The notes: a model not told the origin generated them from the letters alone. Shown: positions 20,782 through 31,415, counted from the stretch's first letter. The stretch: DNA of 64,000 nucleotides from Sedimentisphaerales bacterium (GCA_963708075.1 OY970194.1:6368001-6432000), one strand, 5' to 3'. Program-made: numbers and translations.

Positions 20782-21762
20782 ATGGGTTTTCCCGAGATTC
20801 GAATGCGGCGGCTTCGCACCAGCGCCACGATGAGGCGGATGGTGCGCGAGACCTCGCTCAGCGTAAATGACCTGATCTATCCGCTCTTTGTCCGCGCCGG
20901 GCAAGGCCTGAAGACGCCGATTGCGTCGATGACGGACTGCTACCACCTCTCGCCCGACCGGATTGCGGATGAGGCGGAGGAGGTCGCGAGCCTGGGCATC
21001 CCCGCGGTGCTCCTGTTCGGCCTGCCCGCGAAGAAGGACGAGAAAGGCTCTGAAGCCTGGGCCGAGGACGGCTCCGTGCAACTGGCGACTCGGGCAATCA
21101 AGGATCGCGTCCCCGATCTCCTGGTCGTTACCGACGTTTGCCTCTGCGAATACACCAGCACAGGTCATTGCGGCGTCATCAAGGATGGCAAGGTCGATAA
21201 CGACGCCACGCTGGAGCTGCTCGCGAAGATGGCGCTGTCGCACGCGCAGGCCGGGGCCGATATCGTGGCTCCATCGGACATGATGGACGGCCGGGTCCGC
21301 GCCATTCGCCAGGTGCTGGAGCATAATGGCTTCAATCACGTCGCGATCATGTCCTACGCCGCCAAGTTCGCCTCCTCCTTCTACGGCCCGTTCCGGGACG
21401 CCGCCGAATCCGCCCCCGCCTTCGGCGACCGCAAAGGCTACCAGATGGACCCCGCCAACGCCCGCGAGGCCATGCGCGAGATTGAGCTGGACATCCAGGA
21501 GGGCGCCGACATCGTGATGGTCAAGCCGGCCCTGAGTTTCCTCGACATCATTTATCGGGCGCGGGAGCGGTTCGACTGTCCCATTGCCGCCTACAACGTC
21601 AGCGGCGAGTACATGATGGTCAATGCCGCCGCCGATGCGGGCCTCCTGGACCGCGACGCCGCCATGATGGAGGTCTTGACCTCCATCAAGCGCGCCGGCG
21701 CCGACATGATCCTCACCTACTTCGCGAAAGCCGCGGCCAGGCGTCTGAGCCAGTCATCATAA
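20782..21762 (+). CDS. hemB: Porphobilinogen synthase
   Basis: [14 protein letters not shown] zinc site, [38 protein letters not shown]. Confidence 0.97.
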   Translation: MGFPEIRMRRLRTSATMRRMVRETSLSVNDLIYPLFVRAGQGLKTPIASMTDCYHLSPDRIADEAEEVASLGIPAVLLFGLPAKKDEKGSEAWAEDGSVQLATRAIKDRVPDLLVVTDVCLCEYTSTGHCGVIKDGKVDNDATLELLAKMALSHAQAGADIVAPSDMMDGRVRAIRQVLEHNGFNHVAIMSYAAKFASSFYGPFRDAAESAPAFGDRKGYQMDPANAREAMREIELDIQEGADIVMVKPALSFLDIIYRARERFDCPIAAYNVSGEYMMVNAAADAGLLDRDAAMMEVLTSIKRAGADMILTYFAKAAARRLSQSS

Positions 21763-22117
21763 GGTGGGAATGCCGGCGGACCCTCAGCAATAGTGCGTAT
21801 CAACCGAACTTTGCATTCCTGACAGGAGACGGCCCGTTCGGCCTGTTTTTACCTTTTTGCGCTTGCTTTTCACAACAAACGGGGTCACCATAACAGGGCC
21901 ACGGGCGAATGTCGCCCCGGCGTGGTCGCCTGACCGCGAAAACGTTGGTGCTGGGCATGCAGAAGTCCTCCTGAAACGGGTGATGACAGCGCCATCCTCG
22001 TTTTCCAGAGCGACGATACGTGCGGGCGATGAACGGTTGGAGAAAAGACGCGCTTTCATCGTGCCGAAAGACAGTTGTGGGTAGGTTTGACCGTAAGGGT
22101 CGGAAAGGCAGGTGCTT

Positions 22118-23338
22118 ATGGGAATGCGATACGTGAGGATTCTCGGTGTCCTCGTTACGGGACTGGCTCTGATCGGCACGGGGTGCAAGAAGTCGCCCGA
22201 GACGCCGCCGCCAGCGAAGACTGCAACACCGGCGAAGGCTCCGGCGACTCAGACGCCAGCGACGCCGATCAAGGTCGGCGCCATTTTCGCAGTCACCGGC
22301 CCGGCGTCATTCCTCGGGGCTCCTGAGCAGAAGACGGCGGAGATGCTCGTCGAGCAGATCAATCAGGCTGGTGGGATTGCTGGTCACAAGGTCACGCTGC
22401 TCGTCAAAGACTCGGGTGCTAAACCGGAAACAGCCATTTCCCTGGCCAAACAGCTCATTGACGAAGAGAAGGTCCTTGCGATTATCGGGCCTTCCACCAG
22501 TGGCGAAACCATGGCGATCAAGAACATCTGCCAGGAAGGCAAGACGATTCTCCTGTCATGCGCCGCGGCCGAGGACATCGTCAATCCGATCGCCAGCTAC
22601 GTGTTCAAGACCCCCCAGAAAGACAGCGACGCCGCCAGACGCATCTTCGAGACGATGAAGGAAAAAGGAATCGCCAAGGTCGGTGTCGTTTCCAGCAGTG
22701 ACGGTTTCGGAGTCGCGGGAGCCAAGCAACTCGCCGGCCTTGCCGCCGAGTATGGAGAGACAATCGCCATCTCCGAGACATACGACAAGGCGGAGACCGA
22801 TCTGACCGGCGTGCTCACCAAGCTCAAAGGCGCGGATATCCAGGCCGTGGTCAACTGGTCCATCGTCCCCGCCCAGAGCCTGGTGGCCAAGAACATGAAG
22901 CAGATCGACCTGAATGTCCCGCTGTTCCAGAGCCACGGATTCGGCAATATCAAATACGTCCAGGCGGGCGGCGAGGCGGCCAATGGCACCATATTCCCCT
23001 GCGGACGCCTGCTCGTAGCTGAAGTTCTGCCCGGCACCCATCCGCAGAAACAAGTCCTCCTGAAGTACAAGCAGGACTATGAGAGTCGATACAAGGAAGA
23101 CGCGAGCACCTTCGGCGGACACGCTTACGATGCGCTGTTGATCCTCGCTGAAGCGGTCAAGAAGGCCGGAAGCGTCGAGCCCGAGAAGGTTCGTGCGGCC
23201 ATCGAGACACTGCAGGGCGTTGTCGGGACAGGCGGCGTGTTCAACTTCTCCGCGACCGACCACAACGGGCTGGCCAAGGACGCGTTTGAGATGCTCACGG
23301 TGGAGAACGGCAAGTTCGCGGTGTACAACAAGAAATAA
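22118..23338 (+). CDS. Liv-type ABC transporter substrate-binding lipoprotein
   Basis: Lipobox GTGC; IKVGAIFAVTGPASFLG, INQAGGIAG, HAYDA; start 22118 or 22124. Confidence 0.9.
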   Translation: MGMRYVRILGVLVTGLALIGTGCKKSPETPPPAKTATPAKAPATQTPATPIKVGAIFAVTGPASFLGAPEQKTAEMLVEQINQAGGIAGHKVTLLVKDSGAKPETAISLAKQLIDEEKVLAIIGPSTSGETMAIKNICQEGKTILLSCAAAEDIVNPIASYVFKTPQKDSDAARRIFETMKEKGIAKVGVVSSSDGFGVAGAKQLAGLAAEYGETIAISETYDKAETDLTGVLTKLKGADIQAVVNWSIVPAQSLVAKNMKQIDLNVPLFQSHGFGNIKYVQAGGEAANGTIFPCGRLLVAEVLPGTHPQKQVLLKYKQDYESRYKEDASTFGGHAYDALLILAEAVKKAGSVEPEKVRAAIETLQGVVGTGGVFNFSATDHNGLAKDAFEMLTVENGKFAVYNKK

Positions 23339-23375
23339 CGTGAGCTGATGGATCAGCCGCAGGAGCCGAGCCAGA

Positions 23376-24265
23376 ATGAATTATCCCCTGATCGTGCAGT
23401 ACGGCCTCTCGGGTATCACCGTCGGCAGCATCTACGCTATCGTTGCCGTCGGCTTTAACATCATCTATAGCACGACCGGGATCATCAATTTTGCCCAAGG
23501 GGAATTCCTGATCATCGGCGCGATGATGGCCATCAGCCTGTACCAGGTCGTTCCACTGTGGCTTGCCATTGTCCTGGCGGTCATCGTGACGACGATTCTC
23601 GGCGGGCTGATGGAGATCGTCTTCATCCGGCCGGTGCGCAATGCCTCGGTCCTGCGGCTGATCGTCATTACCATTGGCCTCTCGATTCTGATTCGGGAGG
23701 CCATGCTGCATATCTGGGACGAGCAGGTCCGCTCCCTGCCGTATTTCACGGGTACATCCGTTTCTACGATCACGATTCTCGGCGCACATATCTCGCCGCA
23801 AGTGCTGTGGGTGCTCGGCGTCAGCGCCGTGATCGTCGGCGGGCTGACGATCTTCTTCCGGTTCACGCTGCTGGGCCGGGCCATGAGGGCTTGTGCGGAT
23901 GACCGCATGGCGGCGTGTCTGTGCGGCATCAACGACCGCTGGATGGTCACGCTCTCGTTCATGCTCAGCGCCGGCATCGGCGCCCTGGCCGGCTGCGTCA
24001 TCTCGCCCGTGACACAGACGCAGTACGATATGGGGGCGCCCTGGCGATCAAGGGCTTCACTGTGGCCATCTTGGGCGGCCTCGGCAACAGCATGGCCGCG
24101 GTCGTGGCGGGACTGCTCCTGGGACTGCTCGAAGCATTCGTGGTCAGCCAGTTCGCGTCGGCGTACAAGGAGGCCGTGGCGATTGTGGTCCTTCTGCTGG
24201 TCCTGGTCTTTCGGCCGACCGGGCTGTTCGTCCGTCGCGAGATCGGGGCCTTGAGGGCCGCATGA
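23376..24265 (+). CDS. livH: Liv-type ABC permease (LivH-like), apparent 1-bp deletion at ~24035
   Basis: GSIYAIVAVGF..INFAQGE, LGRAMRA; continues in another frame IKGFTVAILGGLG..FRPTGLF. Confidence 0.88.
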
Positions 24266-25332
24266 TGCGACTGCGAAGATATTGGCCTGTCGCTGCCAGT
24301 GCCCTTGCGGTGATTGTGCTCCAGGTGGCGCTGTCTCTGACCGGCGCCACGTACTACATGACCCAGATCACCATGTCGGCCTACTACGCGATGGTGGTGA
24401 TCGGTCTGTGTCTGCTCATGGGCTATGCGGGCCAGGCGTCCCTGGGTCACGCGGGCTTTTTTGCCATCGGCGGCTACACGGTCGCTTACATGACGACGGT
24501 GAACCTTCTTGCCTATCGCGACACCGGCCTGATTCGTCTGCTGCACTCGCTGGGCTTGGTCGTTCAGTGGCGCGACCTGTACGGGGCGGACGTTCTGTCG
24601 TTCTCGGCTTGGCCGGCCTTTATCGCCGCCCTTGTGTTGACCGGCCTGATTGCCTTTCTGATCGGCGTTCCCGTGATTCGGCTCAAGGGACATTACCTGG
24701 CGATGGCGACGCTGGGTTTCGGCCTGATCGTCTACCGCGTCGTCCTGGGGACGAAGGGTCTTGGGCAGGCCGACGGCCTCTCGAACGTACCGCCGTTTCC
24801 CCTGATTCCGGGCCTCGAAGTGAACGGCAGGGCGCCGTTCCGAATTCAGAACTACTACATCGCGTGGGTGACGGTCCTGGTCGCCATGGTCCTGGCGATC
24901 AATCTCATCAACTCACGTGTCGGCAGAGCCCTTCGCTCCATTCATCAGAATGAGGAGGCGGCCCACTCCCTCGGGGTGAACACGTATCGCTACAAGCTGG
25001 CCGTTTTTGTACTCAGCGCCCTGTTTGCCGCCGTGGGCGGGGCTTTGATGACCCACTATAATGGCAGCATCGGGCCGTCCGAGGCGACGGTCATGAAATC
25101 CGTCCGGTATGTGGCTATTGTCGCCGCCGGCGGCATGGCGAACTTGTGGGGCGCGATGCTTATGGGGATCCTGCTGAACTTCCTGTCCCTGCGAGGCGTC
25201 TTCGGGACATTCGATGACGCCGTGTTTGGGGCCATCCTCATTCTCATCATGCTCTTCGCGCCGCAGGGCCTGCTGCGCGTGCCGAGGGTGTCGTCGCTTT
25301 CAGCTCTGTTGTCCAGGAGGCCGCATGGATAA
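24262..25332 (+). CDS. livM: Liv-type ABC permease (LivM-like)
   Basis: GYAGQASLGHAGFFAIG, RLKGHYLAMATLGF, SRVGRALRSI, FAPQGL. Confidence 0.9.
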   Translation: MMRLRRYWPVAASALAVIVLQVALSLTGATYYMTQITMSAYYAMVVIGLCLLMGYAGQASLGHAGFFAIGGYTVAYMTTVNLLAYRDTGLIRLLHSLGLVVQWRDLYGADVLSFSAWPAFIAALVLTGLIAFLIGVPVIRLKGHYLAMATLGFGLIVYRVVLGTKGLGQADGLSNVPPFPLIPGLEVNGRAPFRIQNYYIAWVTVLVAMVLAINLINSRVGRALRSIHQNEEAAHSLGVNTYRYKLAVFVLSALFAAVGGALMTHYNGSIGPSEATVMKSVRYVAIVAAGGMANLWGAMLMGILLNFLSLRGVFGTFDDAVFGAILILIMLFAPQGLLRVPRVSSLSALLSRRPHG

Positions 25333-26109
25333 CGTACTCCTGGAGACGAAGAGCCTGCATCGATCCTTCGGCGGCGTGCTCGCGATCAAAGATGTCAGCA
25401 TGCAGGTACATCGAGGCGCGATCAAAGCTGTCATTGGCCCGAACGGCGCGGGCAAGACGACGCTGTTCAACCTGATCGCCGGGACGATCCCGCCGCAGAA
25501 GGGCGAGGTCGCGTTCCAGGGCAAACGGATCACGGCCTGGAAGCCGCACGCCGTCGCGGGACTGGGCATCGCCCGGACGTTCCAGACGACGAAGCTCTTT
25601 CCCCACATGAGTGTGCTCGAAAACGTGATGGTCGGCCGGCATCCGCGGACTCGATCAGGCTTCCTCGCTGGGATGTTGAATCTGCCGTGCACCTGGCGCG
25701 AGGATTGTGAAATCAGGGACAAGGCGTCGGAAATCCTCGAAGACCTGGGCTTGGCCAAGTACGCGGAGGAGACAGCGTCGAATCTCCCCTTTGGCCGGCA
25801 ACGCCTTGTGGAGTTTGCGCGGCGCTCGCCACGGAGCCGATTCTGCTGCTCCTGGACGAGCCTGCGGCGGGGCTCAATATCTACGAGACCAAAGAACTCT
25901 CGGAACTGATCCTGAAGATTCGCGATCGCGGCATCACCTGCCTCATCGTCGAGCACGATATGTCGCTCGTGATGAACATCTCCGACGATGTGGTCGTTCT
26001 GGACCAGGGGCAGAAGATCGCTGAGGGCCCCCCGCGGGTCATCCAGCGAAACCCCGAGGTCATCCGCATTTACCTGGGTGACGACTATGCTCAGAATTCT
26101 GAATCTTGA
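25325..26109 (+). CDS. livG: Liv-type ABC ATPase (LivG-like), apparent 1-bp deletion at ~25821
   Basis: GPNGAGKTT, GIARTFQ, LPFGRQRLVEFAR then shifted ALATEPILLLLDEPAAGLN..VEHDM..IYLG, stop at 26107-26109. Confidence 0.88.
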
Positions 26110-26827
26110 AGCCGGATACGGCCCGCTGCGGGTCCTCAAGGGAATCTCGCTGCACGTCTCCCCGGGTGAGATCGTCGCCCTGATTGGGGCCAACGGGGCG
26201 GGAAAAACGACCCTGCTCAAGACCATCGCGGGGATCCTGAAATGCCGCTCCGGCGCGATCGAATTCGACAAGCGGCAGATTCACGGCAAGTCCCCGGAGC
26301 GGATCGTCGAGTTCGGTTGCTGCCTCGTGCCCGAGGGCCGGCACGTCTTCAGCACGTTGAGCGTCCGGGAGAATCTCATCCTCGGCGCCTTCGCCCGCCG
26401 ACACAGGGATAACGGCGCAACCGTCGCCGCCGGGCTGGAGGAAGTGTACCAGCTTTTCGGCATCCTGAAGGAGCGCGAAAAGCAGCTTGCGGGCACGCTC
26501 TCGGGCGGCCAGCAGCAGATGCTCGCCATCGGCCGGGCATTGATGTCCAGGCCGAGGCTTCTGATGATGGATGAGCCGTCGCTCGGGGTCGCGCCGCTGA
26601 TCGCGAGGGACATTTTCCAAACCGTCGTCCGCCTCAAGCAGACGGGCCTGACGGTGCTGCTGGTCGAGCAGAATGCCCGGGCGGCCCTGGCCGTCGCCGA
26701 TCGCGGCTACGTTATTGAAACCGGACAGGTCGTCCTTGAGGGAACGGCCCAGGAGCTCTGTGACAACCCGGAGGTCCAGCGGGCCTATCTCGGCAAGGAA
26801 TACAAGACAATTGATGAGGATGAATAG
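26087..26827 (+). CDS. livF: Liv-type ABC ATPase (LivF-like)
   Basis: GANGAGKTT, VPEGRHVF, LSGGQQQMLAIGRALM, DEPSLG, RAYLG. Confidence 0.92.
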   Translation: MLRILNLEAGYGPLRVLKGISLHVSPGEIVALIGANGAGKTTLLKTIAGILKCRSGAIEFDKRQIHGKSPERIVEFGCCLVPEGRHVFSTLSVRENLILGAFARRHRDNGATVAAGLEEVYQLFGILKEREKQLAGTLSGGQQQMLAIGRALMSRPRLLMMDEPSLGVAPLIARDIFQTVVRLKQTGLTVLLVEQNARAALAVADRGYVIETGQVVLEGTAQELCDNPEVQRAYLGKEYKTIDEDE

Positions 26828-26983
26828 ATGGATAAGCGGGCAGGAATATCGGGTGGCAGCGTCAAGACCGAAGGTCTTGGCGATGGCGCTCTTGTATGCA
26901 GAGGGGGCCATCGCCAAGCTGCGCTTGACGCTGCCACCCAGGCACCCTCACGCTCCCACGCTTCGTGCTTGATTTAGGGTATA

Positions 26984-28303
26984 ATGATGGACCGCGCAAA
27001 CCTGTACAATCCGAAACATGAGACGATGCCGCGAGACGAGTTGGAGCAGCTCCAGATCGAGCGGCTGCAGTCCACGCTGAACCGGGTCTATCGCAACGTG
27101 GCGTTCTATCGCACCGCCTTCGACGCGCATCGCGTGAACCTGGAGCGGCTCAAGGAGGTCCGCGCATTGCGCGAGCTTCCCTTCACGACGCGCGAGGACC
27201 TGCGAAAGAGTTATCCCTACGACATGTTCGCCGTGCCGCTGCATGACATCGCGAGGATTCACTCGACGTCGGGCACAACCGGCGTGCCCATCGTCGTCGG
27301 GTACACTCGAAACGATCTCAGGGTCTGGACGGAGTGCACCGCTCGCCTGCTGGTTGCCGCCGGGGTCGCGCAGCATGACGTGGTGCAGATCGCGCTGAAC
27401 TACAGCCTGTTCGCCGGCGGATTCGGCTTTCACCAGGGCGTCGAGCAGATCGGGGCCACGGTGATTCCCGCCTCGCTGACCACGAATCTCGAAAAGCAGA
27501 TTGCCATCATGCGGGATTTCAAGGCGACGGTCCTGATCTCCACGCCCAGTCACGGCATCAACATCGTCGCCGGTCTCGAACGGTTGCAGATTCACCCCGA
27601 GCGGCTGCACCTGCGGCTGGGACTCTTCGGCGGCGAGCGGCTGAGCGATTCCCTTCGCCGGCAGCTTGAAGAGCAACTGCGCATCACCTCGATCGACACC
27701 TACGGCCTGACGGAGATCATGGGGCCCGGCGTCGCCGGGGAGTGCCAGGTCCGCGACGGCTTCCACATCAACGAGGACCACTTCATCGTCGAGGTCATCG
27801 ACCCCGGAACGCTCGAGCCCGTCCCGGTCGCAGAGCAGGGAGAGCTGGTCCTCACCACGATCACCAAGGAAGGTGTTCCCCTGATCCGGTATCGAACGGG
27901 GGACATCACTCAACTGAATCCCGAGCCGTGCTCTTGCGGCAGGACCTTCGTCCGCATGGCAAGGATCGCCGGCCGCACGGATGATCAGATCCTCTTTCGC
28001 GGCGTGGCCTTCTTCCCCTCCCAAATCGAGGAAATCCTCGCCGGCGTCGAGGCCACCAGCCCGTATTACCAGATCATTCTCGACGAGCAGGGCGGTATCG
28101 ACACCATCGAAGTCCGCGTCGAGATCTCGGACAAGATTCCGTTCCTCGATGAGGTCAAGGCCCTCGAAGCCCTGCGCGTGCAGATGGCCAATCGCATCAA
28201 GGCATCTCTCGATATCGAGGCAAAGGTGACATTCGTCGAGCCCCGGTCGTTACGCGAACTCACCGGCGGCAAAGACCGCGTCGTGGACAAGAGGCCGCGA
28301 TAA
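26984..28303 (+). CDS. paaK: Phenylacetate-CoA ligase family
   Basis: IHSTSGTTG, YGLTEIMGPGV, GELVLTTITKEGVPLIRYRTGD, GRTDD. Confidence 0.9.
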   Translation: MMDRANLYNPKHETMPRDELEQLQIERLQSTLNRVYRNVAFYRTAFDAHRVNLERLKEVRALRELPFTTREDLRKSYPYDMFAVPLHDIARIHSTSGTTGVPIVVGYTRNDLRVWTECTARLLVAAGVAQHDVVQIALNYSLFAGGFGFHQGVEQIGATVIPASLTTNLEKQIAIMRDFKATVLISTPSHGINIVAGLERLQIHPERLHLRLGLFGGERLSDSLRRQLEEQLRITSIDTYGLTEIMGPGVAGECQVRDGFHINEDHFIVEVIDPGTLEPVPVAEQGELVLTTITKEGVPLIRYRTGDITQLNPEPCSCGRTFVRMARIAGRTDDQILFRGVAFFPSQIEEILAGVEATSPYYQIILDEQGGIDTIEVRVEISDKIPFLDEVKALEALRVQMANRIKASLDIEAKVTFVEPRSLRELTGGKDRVVDKRPR

Positions 28304-28309
28304 AGATAA

Positions 28310-28457
28310 TATCGAAATCCGAAGCACGAAATTCGAAAGAAGCACGAAATCCGAAAGGCTCAACGTCTCAAACATTCCGTGCGGCGTACTGTTTTGAATT
28401 TCGAATTTCGGTCTTTGGGATTTGTTTTGGATTTCGACATTCGGATTTCGGATTTGA
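28310..28457. repeat. Inverted arrays of CGAAATC-like heptamers
   Basis: CGAAATC CGAAGCA CGAAATT CGAAA on the left, GATTTCG ACATTCG GATTTCG GATTT on the right; could fold into a long hairpin. Confidence 0.75.
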
Positions 28458-28487
28458 TATCTCATTAGAAGGAGCGTGGAGATGACC

Positions 28488-29279
28488 ATGAAGGGGAACA
28501 TTGGGATCGTGGCATGTGTGCTGATGGTGCTGTTCTGCGGCTGCGCAGGGAACCGGGACAAGTCGGGCGAGGCCCGCTGGATCAACCTGTTCAACGGCAA
28601 GAACCTCGACGGCTGGACGCCCAAGATCGCGGGCTATGACCTGGGGGACAACTACGGCAACACCTTCCGCGTCGAGGGCGGCGTCCTGAAGGTCGCGTAT
28701 GACCGATACGAGAAGTTCGACAACAGATTCGGCCACCTGTTCTATAAGGACTCGTTCTCGCACTACCGCATTCGCTTGGAGTACCGCTTTGTGGGTGAAC
28801 AAACTCCCGGCGGACCCGATTGGGCCTTCCGCAACAGCGGCATCATGGTGCACTGCCAGCCGCCCAAGACCATGACGAAGGACCAGAGCTTCCCCGTTTG
28901 CATCGAGGTCCAGCTCCTCGGCGCCGAGGGCACACGCGAGCGATCCACCGGCAACCTGTGCACGCCCGGCACGCACGTTGTGATAAAGGACAAGCTCGTC
29001 ACGCAGCACTGCATCGATTCGAGCTCAAAGAGTTATCCCGGCGACCAGTGGGTGACCGCGGAAGTGGAAGTCCACGGCAACGATCTCATCCGGCACATCA
29101 TCAATGGCCAGGTCGTCCTCGAATACGGCGAGCCCCAGCTCGATGAAAGCGACGCCGATGCGCAGAGGCTGCTCAAGGCCGGCGCCGAGAAAATGGTGCG
29201 CGAGGGCTACATCTCCCTCCAAGCCGAAAGCCACCCTGTCGAATTCCGAAAGATCGAGCTGCTGCCCCTGGAGGAGTAG
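28488..29279 (+). CDS. DUF1080 family lipoprotein
   Basis: Lipobox FCGC; LFNGKNLDGW, RNSGIM, IEVQL, GYISLQAESHPVEFRKI. Confidence 0.88.
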   Translation: MKGNIGIVACVLMVLFCGCAGNRDKSGEARWINLFNGKNLDGWTPKIAGYDLGDNYGNTFRVEGGVLKVAYDRYEKFDNRFGHLFYKDSFSHYRIRLEYRFVGEQTPGGPDWAFRNSGIMVHCQPPKTMTKDQSFPVCIEVQLLGAEGTRERSTGNLCTPGTHVVIKDKLVTQHCIDSSSKSYPGDQWVTAEVEVHGNDLIRHIINGQVVLEYGEPQLDESDADAQRLLKAGAEKMVREGYISLQAESHPVEFRKIELLPLEE

Positions 29280-29313
29280 GAGACTCGGTACAGATGGGCC
29301 GTCACAGAGCTGC

Positions 29314-30006
29314 TTAGGAAGCGTTCCAGTCCGGGGCGGCTTTGATGAACTTGTTCTGCAAGACGGCGCCGATGACCATGGGCACGAGCACCATGGCAGG
29401 TAGGAACCACAGGTTCTGCAGGACGAAGTCTTTGAATTCCGCTTGTGACAACAGGTGATGGCAGACAATGGCCAGGGCGCCGACGGCCAGGAGCACGCTG
29501 CCGCCGAGACTGGTGAAGAGAATGACGGCGATTTTGAAGACGATGAACGAGAGCATGCCTCCGGTGACCAGGCCGATGAGGCCACCGGCCCAGACGTACT
29601 CCTTGGGCAGACCCAGGGCTATCCACGCCCCGGCTGTGAGAATGGCGCCCGAAAGAGCCCCGAGGATACTGACGCCCCAGCGCATGAAGGGGATGGAAAG
29701 CACGGCGAAGAACACGGCGCAGATCAGTGCAAGCCAGAAGCTGTTGCCGTCGATAAGCTGTTGATTCGCCCAGATGCCCAGGGTCATGCCCAGCAGGCCG
29801 AACGAGATCGTGACGAGGATCTTGAAGATTCGCCAGCCGTAGAACAGCCAGACCGTGCCGAAGGCGATGAACGTCAATGCCTCGACCAGGTCGAGCGTGT
29901 TGACGTGTTGCCACAGGACATCGAAGGGCACGATGGGTTCGGGTTGTTGCGCGGACTCGGTCGCGGCCATGAGGACGGTTTGCAGAATGCTTAGCAGGCT
30001 ATTCAT
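29314..30006 (-). CDS. Multi-pass membrane protein (DUF4203-like)
   Basis: About 7 hydrophobic segments, LFYGWRIFK and ILFTSLGGS motifs. Confidence 0.7.
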   Translation of the reverse strand: MNSLLSILQTVLMAATESAQQPEPIVPFDVLWQHVNTLDLVEALTFIAFGTVWLFYGWRIFKILVTISFGLLGMTLGIWANQQLIDGNSFWLALICAVFFAVLSIPFMRWGVSILGALSGAILTAGAWIALGLPKEYVWAGGLIGLVTGGMLSFIVFKIAVILFTSLGGSVLLAVGALAIVCHHLLSQAEFKDFVLQNLWFLPAMVLVPMVIGAVLQNKFIKAAPDWNAS

Positions 30007-30021
30007 TGTACATCCACCATC

Positions 30022-30828
30022 TTATCGATTGCGCCAGGATCGTTTCGATTCTTTCTTCGTCGATTTGGATTTGCCGGACTTTCCCTTTGATTCCTGCTGT
30101 CCGGCCCGACGGCACAAGGAGAGTTGTTCCAGCGTGCCGAATGCGGCCATGCCGGCAAAAACAAGGCTATAGAATGCCGGCCGGTCCGCCAGTCGCCCGA
30201 CGGGGGCGGTCCCTTTGAAAATCACTAGCAGCAGCAGCCCCGCGAAGATCATCACCGTCCCCAGGGTCGCACAGGACAATGCTCCGCCCAGCGACTGAAA
30301 CAACGCGCCCAGGGTCAGCATGCCGGCGGCTACGGCGGCGATGACTGCCCATCGGCCCGGCGTCAGTCTGCCGGCGGCGTGCCGAACGCCATCCATCACG
30401 TCAAGCCCATAGGCGTGAGCCACGCTCAGGCTGTCGCGCACCGACAATTTTGGACTTCGGCTAAGGTTCTCCCCGGCGACCAGCGTGCCGCGGTGTTCCT
30501 GGAGATATGGGTAGGCAAGGACCACGAAGCTGACGGCCAGCGACAGAATTCCCAGCAGCAGGGCGGTGAACGCACGCTGGAACATGGTGGCCAGAAATGC
30601 CGCCGCCAGCGCCGATGTCCCGGCGACTATGCCATTTTCACTCACAGCGAGCAAAGCCGTAACCCCTCCTGCAGCCGCGCCGAGCAGGGCGAACAAGACT
30701 CGCCGAAAGCCCAGTCCACCCAACCAGACGAACAATCCGAGAGCTACCAGCACGAGCCCCGGCACAATCAAGACCAGCGGATTGAACCGGCCTGCCACCT
30801 GCTCGAAGCTCTTGAAAACCTCAATCAT
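30022..30828 (-). CDS. Multi-pass membrane protein, possibly distant relative of the neighbouring gene
   Basis: Many hydrophobic segments, WLGGLGFRR, basic C-terminal tail; 15 bp from the downstream gene. Confidence 0.7.
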   Translation of the reverse strand: MIEVFKSFEQVAGRFNPLVLIVPGLVLVALGLFVWLGGLGFRRVLFALLGAAAGGVTALLAVSENGIVAGTSALAAAFLATMFQRAFTALLLGILSLAVSFVVLAYPYLQEHRGTLVAGENLSRSPKLSVRDSLSVAHAYGLDVMDGVRHAAGRLTPGRWAVIAAVAAGMLTLGALFQSLGGALSCATLGTVMIFAGLLLLVIFKGTAPVGRLADRPAFYSLVFAGMAAFGTLEQLSLCRRAGQQESKGKSGKSKSTKKESKRSWRNR

Positions 30829-31037
30829 AACGTGCCGTCACAACTTCAGGTCGTACGGGCGCACAATCTCCACCCGCACACCTACACTCTTTATCGGCCT
30901 GTGACCCTGTTTTTCGTTAGACTTGTATGTCTCCAGACGCCGGGGCGGATGGCGCGAAGGCCAATTGATAGGCAAGAACGTCAGTGAAGACAGTCAGGTC
31001 CCCGCCACAGTAAGCCTCATGTACAGGCGACCGGTCA

Positions 31038-31415
31038 TCACATGGGTGTCAATCCGCAGGCCGAAGGCGACTGACCAAATGGAGGCCGAACTCGCGGCTT
31101 CGCAGGTCCATGACAGCCAGCCGACCCTCGTGGTTCCGGACGACGATGAAAAAGCGTGGATCGCTCTCTCGGCGAGACCTCGGCAGGTTCATACTGAGCG
31201 GCGAAACTCTTGACCCCTGTCCGCAGGGACTCAAGCTTATCGTCTGACAAGAACACGTAGCCGCGTTTATACAGAGCATCGACGAAGTGGTCAGCGATGG
31301 CTTCGCTGTGCGCCCTTCCGGGAGGGGGGTCCAGTTTCGCATCCATGGACTCGGCCCCATGGACCAAGCCTGCAAGTGCGGCGACTATCAGCAAAAGAAA
31401 GGGCCGGCCTGTCAT
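31038..31415 (-). CDS. Hypothetical secreted protein, possibly truncated
   Basis: GGAG RBS, signal peptide MTGRPFLLLIVAALAGLVHG; C-terminal third looks non-protein-like. Confidence 0.45.
   Translation of the reverse strand: MTGRPFLLLIVAALAGLVHGAESMDAKLDPPPGRAHSEAIADHFVDALYKRGYVFLSDDKLESLRTGVKSFAAQYEPAEVSPRERSTLFHRRPEPRGSAGCHGPAKPRVRPPFGQSPSACGLTPM

Noticed and set aside
21780..22110. Riboswitch upstream of the Liv-type operon
   Set aside because: Some pairing potential, but I could not recognise a T-box, glycine, SAM, cobalamin or other conserved motif; an Rfam search would settle it
18735..25822. Programmed ribosomal frameshifting or phase variation in hem and liv genes
   Set aside because: G-runs are only 2-5 nt, there are no slippery heptamers, and there is no precedent in these families; sequencing error is simpler
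26975..26990. TATAAT before paaK as a leaderless promoter
   Set aside because: It overlaps or abuts the candidate start codons, too close for a TSS at the ATG, and has no clear -35
28310..28457. Possible CRISPR array or structured ncRNA
   Set aside because: Only degenerate 7-bp units with no repeat-spacer periodicity and no cas genes in the window
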